A DNA stretch of 64,000 nt from Octopus bimaculoides (lineage: Eukaryota): contig NC_068990.1 of assembly GCF_001194135.2 (NCBI RefSeq), positions 43,617,893 to 43,681,892 of the forward strand. The letters are read 5' to 3'. Below are positions 12,641 to 26,929 of the stretch, in pieces; within the stretch, counting starts at the first letter, position 1; each line of letters begins with the position of its first letter. Position numbers and translations under genes: made by a program. The notes beneath the pieces were generated by a model that was not told the origin of the DNA, did not search any database, and was given only the letters and a program-made list of their open reading frames with translations.

Positions 12641-14570
12641 CTGTAAAGTAAAAACGTTGAAGTTATTATTCTGGCTATGACAATTATGAGTTAGATAATC
12701 ATTATTAACTCTTAATAAAAGATAACCTGATAACAGAATTGTTAAAGTTTTAATAAGTATTTATCTTTTCTTTTCTAGCACAGTTTAAAATACTTTGGCA
12801 TTCTGTGATCTAACCTCATTACTTCTTCCTTGGACATCATCCTATGCCATAGAAACTCTGTAATAGCACCTCATATTCATTTTTCATCCATATTATAAAT
12901 CTATGTCAGAAATCATCTCACACCTCCCTCCTGCAGAGTTTTTGGTGAAATCTTTTGTTCAGCTGTTCCCTTCTGCTAACCTCAGCTGGGCTCCACTTCT
13001 CATCTAAGTTAAACATATAACATACAGATCACATTCAACTCCTTAGTCCTAATGTATGGCAAACCTTGGGCAAGTGTCTTCTGCTGACTGATAACTAGTG
13101 AATAAATTTGGAGGACAGAAATAATATGGAAGCCCATCATCTATTTGTGTGTGTGTATGTGCATATCTGTGTCTGTTCTCATCACACCACTTGATAACCA
13201 GTGTGTTCTTTATGCCTCCATAACTGTTTGGTAAAGCCAATACAATAAGTACCAGACTTGGGAAAATTAATAGGGGTCGAATTGTTCAACTAAACACCTG
13301 AAAGTAGTACCCCAGTACGGCACCAGTCCAATGGCCAAAAAAAGTAAACAATAAAAGATTCAGTGTCCAGTTCTCACAACCTCGGTACATATTCCAGTTA
13401 TAATGTAGTGACAATGTCTGCAGTTTGACTATGTGATGACTGACCACATGGTCACAATTTCATTCTTTACTGCAGCTGTTTTATTCATGAGCTATAGACC
13501 TCAGTTCATTTGACTCGATCATAAGTTGCCCCTATCACAATGAAATATTGACAATGAGGGAACTTCTATAGTCACAAAACCTAATATAAGTAACAGCCAA
13601 ATCTCTCTCAAATCATATCTTAAACATCAGTGAGAACTTATGTACAGTTAGACAACAATAACTTCTTCAATAAATGCTTAAATTTGCAAAATAGATGAAA
13701 ATGTGGAGACAAGAAAACAAGGGAGGTTTGTTAGTTCAAATCGTAAAATGAAAACCATTAAACCAAATTAAAATTAATTTGGTTGAAAGTCAAAGGAAAT
13801 CCATCTAAACATCCATATATTAATACAAAAGTAAGTTCATACTTACTTCCCTTTCTGTAATGCAAAAGGTAAAGGAAAAGTAGTAGCAATTATTGTGGTG
13901 GTGGTGGTGGCAATGATGTTGGCATTGGTAATGGTTGGTGAATGGAGAACCATATCTAGTGCCTTGCTGTACTCAAGAAGGCCCGTCCATCACAACAGAA
14001 TTGATATCCTAAAACCATCACAGCAGAACTGATATCCTAAAATGCTTGTCCATGAGGGGGCTCTGCCCCACCCCCCACTCTCTGCTCTGTCAATCATTTT
14101 CCCCCACATTCCATTCCCTAACACCCATCAATTCTCTATCACCTGAGAACAAAAGAGACACATATTGCATCCCCCAACTTTCTCATTTACCTTTCTTCCC
14201 CCCACCTCAGCCCACTTTCATTTCCCACAGTCTTCTCCGACCACCACCAACTGTCTCCACCAATCATCTTCCATGCCTCTCCTCCCCCATGCTGATTTCC
14301 ATCATTAACACCTCACTTACCTGCTATCATCCTCAATATTTACTGCAAACCCTGGCCCCTTGCTTCTCTTATATTTCTTTAAATCATTTGCTATAATCAT
14401 CTCAATCCTGTCCACTCACCCAGTCCAAACCTCTATACCACCTAACCTATTCTCACTGCTACCAATGTCCCTTCAGGGCATGTCTCAATACATCTTTGCC
14501 ATTATCTCTTTCACTATTGCTCTCTTGATCTTACTCTCTAACTCACTCTCCTTACTTTTCCATCTGAGGT

Positions 14571-14951
14571 GTTGGCACTCCGTCGCTTACGACATCAAGG
14601 GTTCCAGTTGATCCGATCAACAGAACGGCCTGCTCGTGAAATTAACATGCAAGTGGCTGAGCACTCTACAGACACGTGTACCCTTAACGTAGTTCTCAGG
14701 GATATTCAGCGTGACACAGTGTGACAAGGCTGACCCTTTGAATTACAGGCACAACAGAAACAGGAAGTAAGAGTGAGAGAAAGTTGTGGTGAAAGAGTAC
14801 AGCAGGGTTCGCCACCATCCCCTGCCGGAGCCTCGTGGAGCTTTAGGTGTTTTCGCTCAATAAACACTCACAACGCCCGGTCTGGGAATCGAAACCGCAA
14901 TCCTGTGACCGTGAGTTCACTGCTCTAACCACTGGACCATTGCGCCTCCAC
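14571..14951 (-). mobile_element. Full-length tRNA-derived SINE with a 12-bp target-site duplication
   Basis: Minus-strand head ggaggcgcaatggtccagtggttagagc...ggtttcgattcc (A and B boxes). TSD tccatctgaggt at 14559-14570 and 14952-14963. A decayed partial copy lies at about 63370-63520. Confidence 0.88.
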
Positions 14952-16613
14952 TCCATCTGAGGTATCCATGTATTAATTCCACAGCAAGACACCTATCTGT
15001 CTCTCTATACCTTTAGTCTCTCAATTGGCACAAAGCCACACACCCTCAATACTACTCACCCCTCCCAGTTGAGGGGCTTTTATCTTGCAAAGTACTCATT
15101 GACTGTCAGTGCTGGTGCCACATAAAAAGTATCCAGTACACACTGTAAATGGGTTAGTATTAGAAAGGGCATCCAGCCATAGGAACCATGCCAAAACAGA
15201 CAATGGAACCTGGTGCTGCTCCTAGTCTTGCCAGCTCCTATCAAACCATCCAACTCATGTCAGAATGGGAAAACCATTAAACGATGAATTTGATATACAT
15301 ATTTTAAAATCTACATTAACAGAAGCATAACAGTTTTAAAAGCCGAGAGAAATAAACCTTTAATGCTATATGCATTAAAAGATGTTCAATCAACAAATTC
15401 CATTTGAATAAGAAAGAAACAAAAAAGAAAAATGATTGAGAGAATTTTTCAGCCATGTATTTACTGTCGGTAATAAGCTGACATCTCATCCTCTGTGGTT
15501 CTTTATAAACTATTCAGTGTCATTAACCTTCACTGTTCTAATATAACAACTACTATCTGTTATAATATTTTCTCATTTGTAGATAATATGTTATACATAT
15601 TCCTTGGAAACTTGCATCGCCTCAAACAATTAGAGATCCATTATCTGATAAGAGTGATGGTACATATCCATGAACAAATAATAACACAGAACCATCCCCA
15701 CTGACTCTTAGAGGTTACTCTAAGTGTTCTCTATGTAAATCCATATGCAATATAGCAGTTCAATGAGCCGGATCCATAGGGAATACACTCTTTGTGGGTA
15801 TCTATTAATTTGGAAAAGCATATAGAATTTGGAAGAAGGAATTTAGTGAAATGGATACTTCCCCAAACTTTTTCACACAGAACCTCTATGTGATCGTCTG
15901 GCCTGTGAGAAGTAGCATTCAAATTTCCTCATGTCAAATGTTACCATCTTAAAAAAAGATAGCATATTAGATAATGCAGTCACAGACATGCTAAATGATA
16001 GGACAGGGGTGATCATGGTCAGAATGTCTTGCATCAAAAGTCTGCTAGGTGAGAAATGGCCAAAGGATAAGCAACTTGTTTTAAAATCTAAACGAAGATT
16101 TGTTTATTCATTAATTCAACATCTATAGGCCTGATTTTTACAGCTGGATGTTCTTTCTGTTGCCAATCCTGAACTGCTTTACAAGTATGTGATATTTTAT
16201 CTTAAAGGTCTTTGAAAGCACAGCGTGACCTGTCATAACAGCTACAAGAAATATAAAACATGAAACCACTGTTTTAGTGACGAGTGAAGCAGTAGAGTGT
16301 CAGCATTCATATTTAAACACATTGCATGCATCTATGCACACACATGTGCATGCATACACAATGGGCTCCTGCGGTTTCCATTAAGCAAATTTACTCACAA
16401 GGCATTGGTTAACAGGGATATAGTACAAAATACTTGACCAAGGTGACACATTGGGACTGAACTCAAAGCCATGCATTTCCTAAAAGAACATATTAACCAC
16501 ACAGCCTTACCAAATATAAAGACATATGGACACCATAGGCAATGGAAGAAATGTGAGCTATGGTTATTAACTTATTGAATGCCTGTCAGTTTCATTCCCT
16601 CTGAGGGGACCAT

Positions 16614-16842
16614 TTCAACCCTTTAACATTTAATCCAGCCATATCTGGCTCAAATATTCTACCCATCTTATGTTCAAACTGACCAGATCCAACCTCTTAC
16701 ACTTACCCTACAATGTCATTCTAAAAATATACAAACACACCATTGAAATCTTGAAGCTACAAAATAATATGTGATTATTTCAATACAATGTGAATAAATA
16801 AGCAATACATATGACAAAGAAATCTAACTGTTAAATGATTAA
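16614..16842. mobile_element. piggyBac-type MITE (degenerate copy)
   Basis: Starts ttcaaccctttaacattt. The internal sequence matches the better-preserved copy at 43131-43353. Confidence 0.65.
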
Positions 16843-18559
16843 TAGTTATAGGCAATGGAATTGCAGAATCAGTAGAGCATCAGATACCTACAGTATTTAG
16901 TTATGGCATTTTCATTCTGAGTTGAAAACCTACTGAGGTTGACTTTGTTATTTTATTAAACTTCAGGAGGATGATAAAAACAGTCAACTACTGAGGTCAA
17001 TATAATACTTTATACCATTCCCAAATTCGTGACAGTGTTTTACTGATAAGTTTTTTTTTTAAATCAATATTTATAAAGTCTTGTCTAGATTGTAATTTTT
17101 TTGTTTTTGTTGTTTTCTTTTAAAGAAGGGATACAACATGGGAATGGTAGCATAACTCTTGCCAGTAGAAAAGGAATTTTAGCATTTAGTTCTCTCTTGC
17201 ATTTTGAGTTCAAATCACAATAGGATTCATTGTTTATCATCAAGCCACTAGGACTAACTGAAATAAATATCAGTCATATTACAGAAGCAGGTTCTACTTA
17301 CAATACTCTAGCCTCCAACAAATATGTGATCATGTGCACAGGTAAATGAGTCAGTTTACAAACAACCACCTGGAGAACCTCATTACCGAAATGAATTGTT
17401 TAAAGAGAGAAGGGCAATGTCCATGATGCTTTTTAGGGACTCTGAGACTAGAGGGAAGGCAGGAAGGAACATATCTGTCCAGAATGCTCGCAACAGAATG
17501 GAGCCCACTAAAGGTACCCAAGAATCGGGTAGTAGTGTTAAACTGGGTGACAGATTAAGTCCATCACTGAAGTAAATTGTTGCAGGATTTGGTATTAGAA
17601 TGTAAAGAGATGGACTAAATACTAAAAGGCATCTAATGACACTAATCCACTGTCCTGGACTGATACTTTATCAACCCCAGAAAGATGAAAGAAAAGTCAA
17701 AGTTGACCATAGCAGGAACTGAACTCAGAATGCACAAAGCCAAAATGAATAATGCAAATGCCACATAAAACCAGATTAAACTTAAGTTCACAAGAAAAAG
17801 AACCAACCACTAATATTTATTGCACATTACTTAATATCAGTTCTCTGTCTATCAATTTCTCTTAGTCTAATCATAAATCCTTTCGATTACAGAGGAGAGA
17901 AAACATGATGCTATGACAGCAAATTGATATTCTAAGGATCTTAGCAACATTGCCAATATTTTTCAACATGTAAGTCAAATTTTTCAGACCAAAATTTAGT
18001 CCAAAAAAAAAAAAAAAAAAAAAANNNNNNNNNNNNNNNNNNNNNNNNNNNNNNNNNNNNNNNNNNNNNNNNNNNNNNNNNNNNNNNNNNNNNNNNNNNN
18101 NNNNNNNNNNNNNNNNNNNNNNNNNNNNNNNNNNNNNNNNNNNNNNNNNNNNNNNNNNNNNNNNNNNNNNNNNNNNNNNNNNNNNNNNNNNNNNNNNNNN
18201 NNNNNNNNNNNNNNNNNNNNNNNNNNNNNNNNNNNNNNNNNNNNNNNNNNNNNNNNNNNNNNNNNNNNNNNNNNNNNNNNNNNNNNNNNNNNNNNNNNNN
18301 NNNNNNNNNNNNNNNNNNNNNNNNNNNNNNNNNNNNNNNNNNNNNNNNNNNNNNNNNNNNNNNNNNNNNNNNNNNNNNNNNNNNNNNNNNNNNNNNNNNN
18401 NNNNNNNNNNNNNNNNNNNNNNNNNNNNNNNNNNNNNNNNNNNNNNNNNNNNNNNNNNNNNNNNNNNNNNNNNNNNNNNNNNNNNNNNNNNNNNNNNNNN
18501 NNNNNNNNNNNNNNNNNNNNNNNNNNNNNNNNNNNNNNNNNNNNNNNNNNNNNNTTTCA

Positions 18560-19545
18560 CCATCATTTACTTTTTGCATTTCATCGAGGTGTTAAGGCCA
18601 CCGAGATTTGAGCTGTGTTTGGAGAACGAGCAATGCATCAAAGTACTGGACACTGTTGGTTTTCACACTTCAAAATTGGGAATTTTGACCTCAAGGACAA
18701 ATCACACACTGGTCAGCCAACTGAGTTCGATGAAGAGCAATTGAAGCAACTTCCTCACCAAAATCCACATCAAGCAACCAGAGAATTGGTGGAGCAGATG
18801 AATTGTGATAAAAAAAAAAAAACTGTGGTGAACCACCTTCACTCAATGGGCAAGGTTCAGAAACTCGGCACTTGGGTGCCACGCACTGAGTGAAAACAAC
18901 AAAAATCAATGCTCCACAATCGCTACCTGTTTGTTCACTTGATATCGCTCGACACACAAGGTCACAAACAGTGTTATCTTCACTGCATTGTTACTGATGA
19001 AAAATGGTGCCTTTACATTAATATGAAGCAGCGAAAAGAATGACTCAGCCCCAACAAACAAGCAACTCCACAAGCAACCTTAATCCTCAAAAGACCACGT
19101 TATGTGTATGGTGGGATTGGGAAGGCAACCAAAGACTCAATGCAGAGCTCTTCATTCAACAACTGCACCGACTCAAAGAAATTCAGCAAAACGACCGAAT
19201 AGGCAAAATAGTGTACTTCTGCAACACGACGATGCCCATCCTCATATCGCCAATATTATCAAAGCCATGATTCAAGAACTCGAATGGGAAGTGCTACCTC
19301 ATCCTCTTTACTCTCCTGATTTTCATCTCTTTCAACTGCTTTGTGCAATGTATTGTTCAACAATGACGTGGAATTGAGGGCTTGGTTGGACGAATTCTTT
19401 GAGTCAAGACCAGATTTCCACCACCAAGATATTGAAAAAACTTATTGAACGATGGAAGGAAGTCACGAACAACAATGGAGAGTGTATTATTGATTAATTT
19501 GTAGTTTTTTTGTTTAAAATAAATTTGAAAAAAAAAAACAGTCAT
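18560..19545 (+). mobile_element. Mariner transposase relic, 5' end lost in the gap
   Basis: WFSHFKIGNFDLKDKSHTGQP, KLGTWVP, IVTDEKW, LCVWWDWEG, LQHDDAHPH and EVLPHPLYSPD motifs across frameshifts. Confidence 0.88.
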
Positions 19546-19635
19546 GGAGGAAAATACAGAAGTTAAAAGAAATTACTTCAATCAGAATTTGAAACGTTGC
19601 ACTCTCCGGATAGACATAAACAAATTAAATGTAAC

Positions 19636-19681
<46 letters not shown>

Positions 19682-20016
19682 CTACTCAAACTCTGGTCCA
19701 CATTCTTCACTACTACTTCTACCACAGACTGCTATTTCTTAGGGTTCATTAATCTCATACCACCTTCACACAGAACCATCCAGCTTACTTGTCACCGATG
19801 TTGTGTTCATTACTTATCTCAAGCTTTGTACTAATTACTCTACCCAGTCCTTCCTCCTCAGGATGTCATCCTTCTGGAATTCTCTACCTTCTTCTCTGTC
19901 CATGTTTTCATGCACCTATCAGTTACTCAAGAGGAATAGTGTCAGCTGCATCACTCTCCCTAATCTCAAAAGCCTATGAAGGCCATGAACACAATTGCTT
20001 CTTATAAAACAAATCA

Positions 20017-20050
<34 letters not shown>

Positions 20051-21310
20051 AATTCTGACAAGATCCTTCCTATCTCTGTTACTGTCTTTGCAGTACTTCC
20101 ATATATCAAAATCACTATAAAAAAAAAAGTCAACCAAGAGAGGTGAAATATAAGGTCACAAAATAAATACATTCTAATCATATTGAGTCAATGAGGATGC
20201 CATTACACAGTAATCTGATCGGCTAGAAATAGCAATCAAATTTTCATATCAGATAGACCATGTGTGAAAGAAAAAAAAAATCTAGTCATAGTTGGAACAT
20301 CTGATCATTCTGCTCAATCAGACCTGATATAGGCTTAAAAAACAACAACTTGAATCATATCAGACATGAAGTTGCATGCAAGGCCAGCAATATTGAGTTA
20401 CACATTTAAAAGTCATTAACAGTACCTCTAATATGACAAGACAATGATCAACTGAGCACGAGATTAGCAGTAGAATACACCCAGTTTGCAAGAAATGATC
20501 AACTGATAAGCAGCTGATTATGGAGTACAAAACAAACAACTAAACTGCAGTTATGTAAATCAATACTAAACAAAGAGTTGTACTGACTACAATCAGACTT
20601 TATCAAGACACAAGATGATAGTTTATGTCTCAAATATATAAAATTATCAGTATTTATGACCAGTTTGATACATGACTTATCTATCTCTCACTACACACAA
20701 ATAGCCACTCACTCTAAATACTAAGGCTTTGGATACCTATCTTTTATCAGTGATGCAAAGAGAGAGTCACAAGCTGGATTAACAACTTACTATCACAAGT
20801 CTGCAGAGCAAGAGCTGAAGGTTCATATATTAGTACTAATATATAAACAGTGGGTGTCTTCAGCATTCATTCTTAACTATCAATCACTCCTATCACTGAA
20901 CTATGACTTGATACAATGGTAAGGTACAGCACTGCCCTCTTGTAAGCAGAAAATAGGAGCATGGTAGAACTGCAAAGTATTGATGAACAGGCATTCCTAC
21001 AGAGAAAAAACCGTTTTCTCTCAATGACTTAACACCAAGAAAGGGATGAACATCATGACATCTTATCTACATAGATAGTGCCTCTTAGAGGGAGACAAAT
21101 ATGAATCTGTGATGGAAAATTCTGCTGCTATTAAAGTGTCAGGTAAAGTCACATCACAGCAACCCTTAATACCCTTAACACTTTATCTTACCTTTCACTC
21201 GTTTCATTCATTGGACTGTGACCATGCTAGTGAACTACCCTGAAGAGTTTAATCAAACAAATCAATCTCAGCACTTCTTATTTTTAGTGTCTGATATTTG
21301 CTCTATCAAG

Positions 21311-21718
21311 GCGTAGGAGTGGCTGTGTGGTAAGTAGCTAGCTTACCAACCACATGGTTCCGGGTTCAGTCCCACTGAGTGGCACCTTGGGCAAGTGTCT
21401 TCTACTCTAACCTCGGGCCGACCAAAGCCTTGTGAGTGGATTTGGTAGACGGAAACTGAAAGAAGCCCGTCGTATATATGTGTATATATATATATGTATG
21501 TGTGTGTATATGTTTGCGTATGTGTTTGTCCCCCCCAACATCGTTTGACAACCGATGCTGGTGTGTTTATGTCCCCAGAACTTAGCAGTTCGGCAAAAGA
21601 GACCGATAGACTAAGTACTAGGCTTACAAAGAATAAGTCCTTGTGTCGATTTGCTCGACTAAAGGCAGTGCTCCAGCATGGCCACAGTCAAATGACTGAA
21701 ACAAGTAAAAGAGTAAAC
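21311..21718 (+). mobile_element. Well-preserved tRNA-headed SINE with CORE-like ccttgggcaag motif and internal (TA)/(TG) tract
   Basis: A box gtggctgtgtgg, B box gggttcagtccc, ccttgggcaagtgtctt, and tail ...ctccagcatggccacagtcaaatgactgaaacaagtaaaagag. Confidence 0.85.
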
Positions 21719-21789
21719 CAACACCAGTTATCAAGCAGGAAGTGGGGTGGGGAAAAGCACAAACACAAAGGCATTCATACAGTCACATT

Positions 21790-21968
21790 ATTCCTACACA
21801 CACATGATGGGCTTCCATGCAGATTCCATCCAGTAAATTCACTCATGGAGTGTTGGTTAGCTAGGAGCAATAGTAAAAGACACTTGCCCAAGGTGCTGCA
21901 TTGTGGGACTGAACCTGAAACTGTGTGGTTGCAATGCAAGATTCTTAACAACACAGCCATGCCTGTAC
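21790..21968 (-). mobile_element. Head of the same SINE family in opposite orientation
   Basis: Reverse complement reads ggcatggctgtgttgttaag...caggttcagtccc...ccttgggcaagtgtctt. Confidence 0.75.
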
Positions 21969-21984
21969 CAATTTACCAAGCTCT

Positions 21985-22325
21985 AATTGTGGAGGATACC
22001 TGTAGAAGGGGTAGACCCAGGAAGATGTGGGAGAAAATGGTGAGAAAGGATTTTTGGATGCTGAGCCTCAATGAGGCAATGACAAGGGACCAGGAGATGT
22101 GGCGATTTGCTGTACTTGTTAAGACATGTCAAAGCTAAATAAAATCGCTGTCTTCCACACATACAGGATGTTAAGTAGTTGGCATTAGGAAGGGCATCCA
22201 GCCAGAGAAACTATGCCACAACAGACAGCTGGAGTCTGGACAGCTCCTTGCTAGCCAGCTCCTTGTCAAACCTGCCAACCCATGCCAGCATGGGAAGAGG
22301 ATGCTAAATGACAATGATGATGATC
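21985..22325 (+). mobile_element. RTE LINE extreme 3' end with (GAT)n tail
   Basis: VEDTCRRGRPRKMWEKMVRKD...EAMTRDQEMWRFAVLVKT followed by the ggcattaggaagggcatcc tail. Confidence 0.8.
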
Positions 22326-22437
22326 TCCTGAAGGTTCATAAAATGAAGCAGATGAAATAAATTCTCTGTTGGATAGGACCTTACTTTATCACAAGTAGCA
22401 TTCTCAGACTGATCTGATAAGCCATTCCATATAACTA

Positions 22438-23696
22438 TCAGGCTGAGTAAAAAGTAAGCAACATTTTGAAACATGAAATTCATCACAATATATTTCAACA
22501 ATGCAGAAATTTTAATCATCAAAGTAAGTACCACTACAATCAACATATTTTGCCAACGAGTTACAAGTTTGTTCATTCGAGTAACATAAAAATCTGGAGT
22601 TCTGGAGCTGATGAACACTTTGAACGCACTTTCAGCATTGGTTTGATTTTTGAACTCCATCTCTTGCAGGAAACCATTAAGGTCCTTGAAAATGTGATAA
22701 TTGATAGGAGAAAGGTCTGGGGAATAAGCTGGGTGGGGCAGAACTTTGTGGCCAACTTCCCTCAACTTCTGGAGAGTCATTAGTGAAACGCATGGTTGAG
22801 CATTGTCATGAAGAATAATTAGCCCTCTTCCGTTGAGCAGTCTGGGATGGAGGTGTAGCAGTTTTTCATTCATTTTGGCAATTTCATGGCAATATGTTGC
22901 TGCAGTGATGGTTTTTCCAGTTATAGTCGATGAGTCCAGTAGTAAGCCACCAAACAGTCACCATAACCTTCTTTTTGAAGAGCTCGGGTTTAGGGAAGGC
23001 TTTTGGTGCTTCATTTTGGTCCAACCACTGAAGAACCATTTTTATTATTGTACAGAATCCACTTTTCATTGCAAGTTATAATATGGTCGAGAAATGAATC
23101 AGTCTGGTCACAGAGAAGCGATGAGCAAATTTCATATCTGTGCATTTTCTGATTTTCATTCAAACCATGTGGTACCCATTTGTCAAGCGTTTTTGATTTT
23201 CAGATCACATGCAAATGGTTACAGGCAGTTTTCTGGCTGGTTTGAAGTTCTTTTGCCAGTTCTCGAGTGGTTTTATGCAGATCTTTCTCAATGATGGTCT
23301 TTAATTGAACATTATCAATGACAGATGGGCATCCACTATGTTCACAATCTTCAAGGCTCAGCTCTCCACTGCGAAATCATTTAAACCATTTTGGAGCTGA
23401 CCACTCACTGGTCATTTCTTCAAATGTTTCATTGATATTGCAAGCAGTTTCAGCTGCTTTACATCCTTTTTTTGAAGTTGAATAGCAGAATTGCTCAAAT
23501 ATCACACTTTCACATTTCCATTTCAGATGATTATAATAACAGTGAAAAAAATATCAATGTTAATTTATTGATGCATTTGGGTAAGTCTGTATCATCAGAC
23601 AATTGCAAAAAGATGTTTAAAAAACATTCAAAACTGCAAAAATCCGGTACAAATTCTTCATGGTTTAAAATGTTGCTGACATTTTACTCAACCTGA
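22438..23696 (-). mobile_element. Full-length (~1.26 kb) defective mariner element with both TIRs
   Basis: TIRs tcaggctgagtaaaaagtaagcaacatttt (22438) and aaaatgttgctgacattttactcaacctga (to 23696). TA on the left flank. LHDNAQP, HPAYSPDLSP and QWLDQNEAPK motifs. Confidence 0.9.
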
Positions 23697-24350
23697 TCAA
23701 ACTCAAACCGAAGAGATGGTTGCTATGCAGTTGCTTGATCTGTAACAAAGAGCATCTAAACCTCCCTCATCTCATACGCTACCACCTTAAAGAATAAAAA
23801 TTTATTTTACTTGGTCTTTTGATTCCCTGAGATGACTATAACTGGATTGCCTTTGTTCATAGATACAGAGCTTAACAACAAATTAACTAAGGTCATGTAG
23901 AATTAAGTGTTCAGTCCAGAAACTCAATGAAGTTACAAGAGGCTGGAGACACAAACATACACACACTCACAAACACATCATCATTTAATGTCCACTTTCT
24001 GTGGTAGTATGGGATGAATGATTTGATAGGAGCTAGCAAGCCAGACAATGGCACTACACTCGACTGTCTGCTTTGTTATGGACGTCCTTCCTAATGCCAA
24101 TCACTTTATAGAGTTTATTGGATACTTTCTATGGGTACTAGCACCAGTGAGGTCACCAAGTAACTTTCAAGACAAAACATTTCAGCAGTAGATGGAGAGT
24201 CGTATTGAAGGAGGTGGCTTTGTACCAGTTGATGATTAGTTAGGACAGAGAAAGGGGTCTTGAAATAGAGGAGACACATGACTACCCTAACTGATACATA
24301 GATATACATACATGTATATATACATATATGTATATATTTATTTATTTATT

Positions 24351-24398
<48 letters not shown>

Positions 24399-24929
24399 GA
24401 TGTTCANNNNNNNNNNNNNNNNNNNNNNNNNNNNNNNNNNNNNNNNNNNNNNNNNNNNNNNNNNNNNNNNNNNNNNNNNNNNNNNNNNNNNNNNNNNNNN
24501 NNNNNNNNNNNNNNNNNNNNNNNNNNNNNNNNNNNNNNNNNNNNNNNNNNNNNNNNNNNNNNNNNNNNNNNNNNNNNNNNNNNNNNNNNNNNNNNNNNNN
24601 NNNNNNNNNNNNNNNNNNNNNNNNNNNNNNNNNNNNNNNNNNNNNNNNNNNNNNNNNNNNNNNNNNNNNNNNNNNNNNNNNNNNNNNNNNNNNNNNNNNN
24701 NNNNNNNNNNNNNNNNNNNNNNNNNNNNNNNNNNNNNNNNNNNNNNNNNNNNNNNNNNNNNNNNNNNNNNNNNNNNNNNNNNNNNNNNNNNNNNNNNNNN
24801 NNNNNNNNNNNNNNNNNNNNNNNNNNNNNNNNNNNNNNNNNNNNNNNNNNNNNNNNNNNNNNNNNNNNNNNNNNNNNNNNNNNNNNNNNNNNNNNNNNNN
24901 NNNNNNNNNNNNNNNNNNNNNNNNNNNNN

Positions 24930-24991
<62 letters not shown>

Positions 24992-25559
24992 ATACAGAAT
25001 GGGGCAAGAACGCAAAACATCCAGACATATATATATAAATAAATGGATGTTTATGCACGCAATCATATATAAACCTATGAATACACAGTGTACATTGTGT
25101 GTGTGTAGAATAAAGTTACCATCTGCTTGGTTATCAATCGATTTGGCATCAGAATTTGATTAACTATATTATAATATTTATTACAGCTTCTACTGATTTA
25201 CAAGCCAACAAAATTTCCACCACCATACTCCAACACCCAATAACACCAACACCACCAACAACAACACAATACGAACACCATAACATCAACAACAACAACT
25301 AACGGTTGTCTAGAAAAATCTATACATGTTCTTGTCTAAAATTATTCAGATTGTTCCATCATGCTGGCTTTAAGCCTGCCAAATGACCTCCTTCTTGTGT
25401 ATTTCCTTGTTTGTTAAGCACAGCTTACAGGATGAAAGTCAGGTGATAGTGTAAATTTTGTAATCAAACATCAAAAGAAACTTGAAATGTTTGTTGTTGA
25501 AATATTTTTTTTTTTTACAGAAGACTATAAATGAAAAAAAAAAAGACTAAATGAAATTC

Positions 25560-26080
25560 CTTTTCTCTGTAAATATCTCATATTGATTATTGAGAGGTGA
25601 TGAGCAGTCGGAATGATTGTAGGGTGGGAGAGAAAGAGAGAGCATGGGGTAAGAGAGATGAGAGTGGATGACAAAAAAAAAAGAGAGAAGATATAGAAAG
25701 GAGAGAGTAAAAGAAAGAACAAACAAGAGATGAGGGAGTAAGAGAATGAGAAAGAGAAAACAAGAGGAAGATAAATAAAAAACAAAAGCTGGGAAGAGAG
25801 ATGAGAGGCAGACAGACAGAAGAGTGAAAACAAAACAGGAAAGAGATATAGAAAGAACAAGAATAATAAATAGATTAAATGAGAGAAGTGTGAGGGATAG
25901 AAAAATAGAGGGAAAAAGGTGAAGAAAGGACTTGGAGAAAATGAGAGAGAGAGATTGGAAGCAAGCAAGCAAGATGAAATAAGTGATTAAAGAAGAGAGA
26001 GTTTGAGAAAAGAAAGAAACAAAGGATGAAATGGAAATAGAGAAAAGTAATAGAAAGAAAGAGCAATTAGATGAGAGATT
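25560..26080. repeat. GA-rich low-complexity tract
   Basis: About 500 bp of nearly pure purine on the + strand. It is the source of several spurious ORFs. Confidence 0.8.
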
Positions 26081-26309
26081 CATATCCTGCTATAGGAAAT
26101 GTATGTCTAAAGGCAGTGGAATAAAGAACGACAATATGTCAGTGGAGGAACCACTGGTCACTATAGAACAGTGGTAGCACTGTAGAGTTGATGAGTGTTT
26201 CAATTCTAGCCTCCAGAAGGAAATGTGTCTTATCCTGTTGATACTACAGAAACTATAAAAAAAAAAGAACACCATCCTAGTGTACTATGCTTCAGTGGTC
26301 CATCTAAAG

Positions 26310-26642
26310 CAGTGGTTCTCAACCAGGGTCCATCCATATAAGAGTTGGGGTGGAGGTCTACACAACAAAACAGTAAATTGAGGATCCTCCATAGTATTTT
26401 AAGGGCCCCAGATAAATTTTGCTTTAGATGTATGTATTAGTATGTATTGCAAGAAATGGCTTGGTTTCTTTCTCTAATGCTTTATATAGTTAAACCTACA
26501 AAAGTCAATGTGTTGAAAACAAAATGAGAATTTTGAAAGTATCTATAAAACTAGTTTTTAAACATCAAATGGCTTGGGGGTCCGCCAGTATACAATAGCA
26601 ATCTAAGGGGTCCATAGATTAAAAAATGGTTGAGAAACCCTG
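26310..26642. mobile_element. hAT-type MITE with 8-bp TSD
   Basis: TIRs CAGTGGTTCTCAAC and GTTGAGAAACCCTG. TSD atctaaag (26302-26309) versus atcgaaag (26643-26650). Confidence 0.85.
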
Positions 26643-26929
26643 ATCGAAAGGTATTCATTACTAGCTCATACTTGCTGCTAAAACAAAGTAACAGAACTTG
26701 TTTCATTCTATTGAGAATCTAGGCAAAAACTATTGGCAACTTTTATCTCTAGTGATTCTTGTTTGAAAACTCCCACATCCCAGAGAAAACTGAACTTCTT
26801 AAACTAAACTGAAGCATCCAGAATTATGCACTTTGCCCACTGCCCAATAACATCGCTACAGATGGTTTGTGGTCACTTTAACCTCCACTCTAGATTTTGC
26901 TTCCTTGCTCAGGCTCTTTGTTAATTCTT

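Noticed and set aside
14880-14951. tRNA-like heads of SINEs (also 21311, 21900, 27250, 30215, 30450, 61825) as tRNA genes
   Set aside because: They have A and B boxes but no closable cloverleaf, and each runs into a SINE body. One has a TSD.
25525-26083. Hydrophobic F/L/S-rich ORFs suggesting membrane proteins (also 6203, 14046, 60846)
   Set aside because: They are translations of purine/pyrimidine-skewed low-complexity or decayed LINE sequence.
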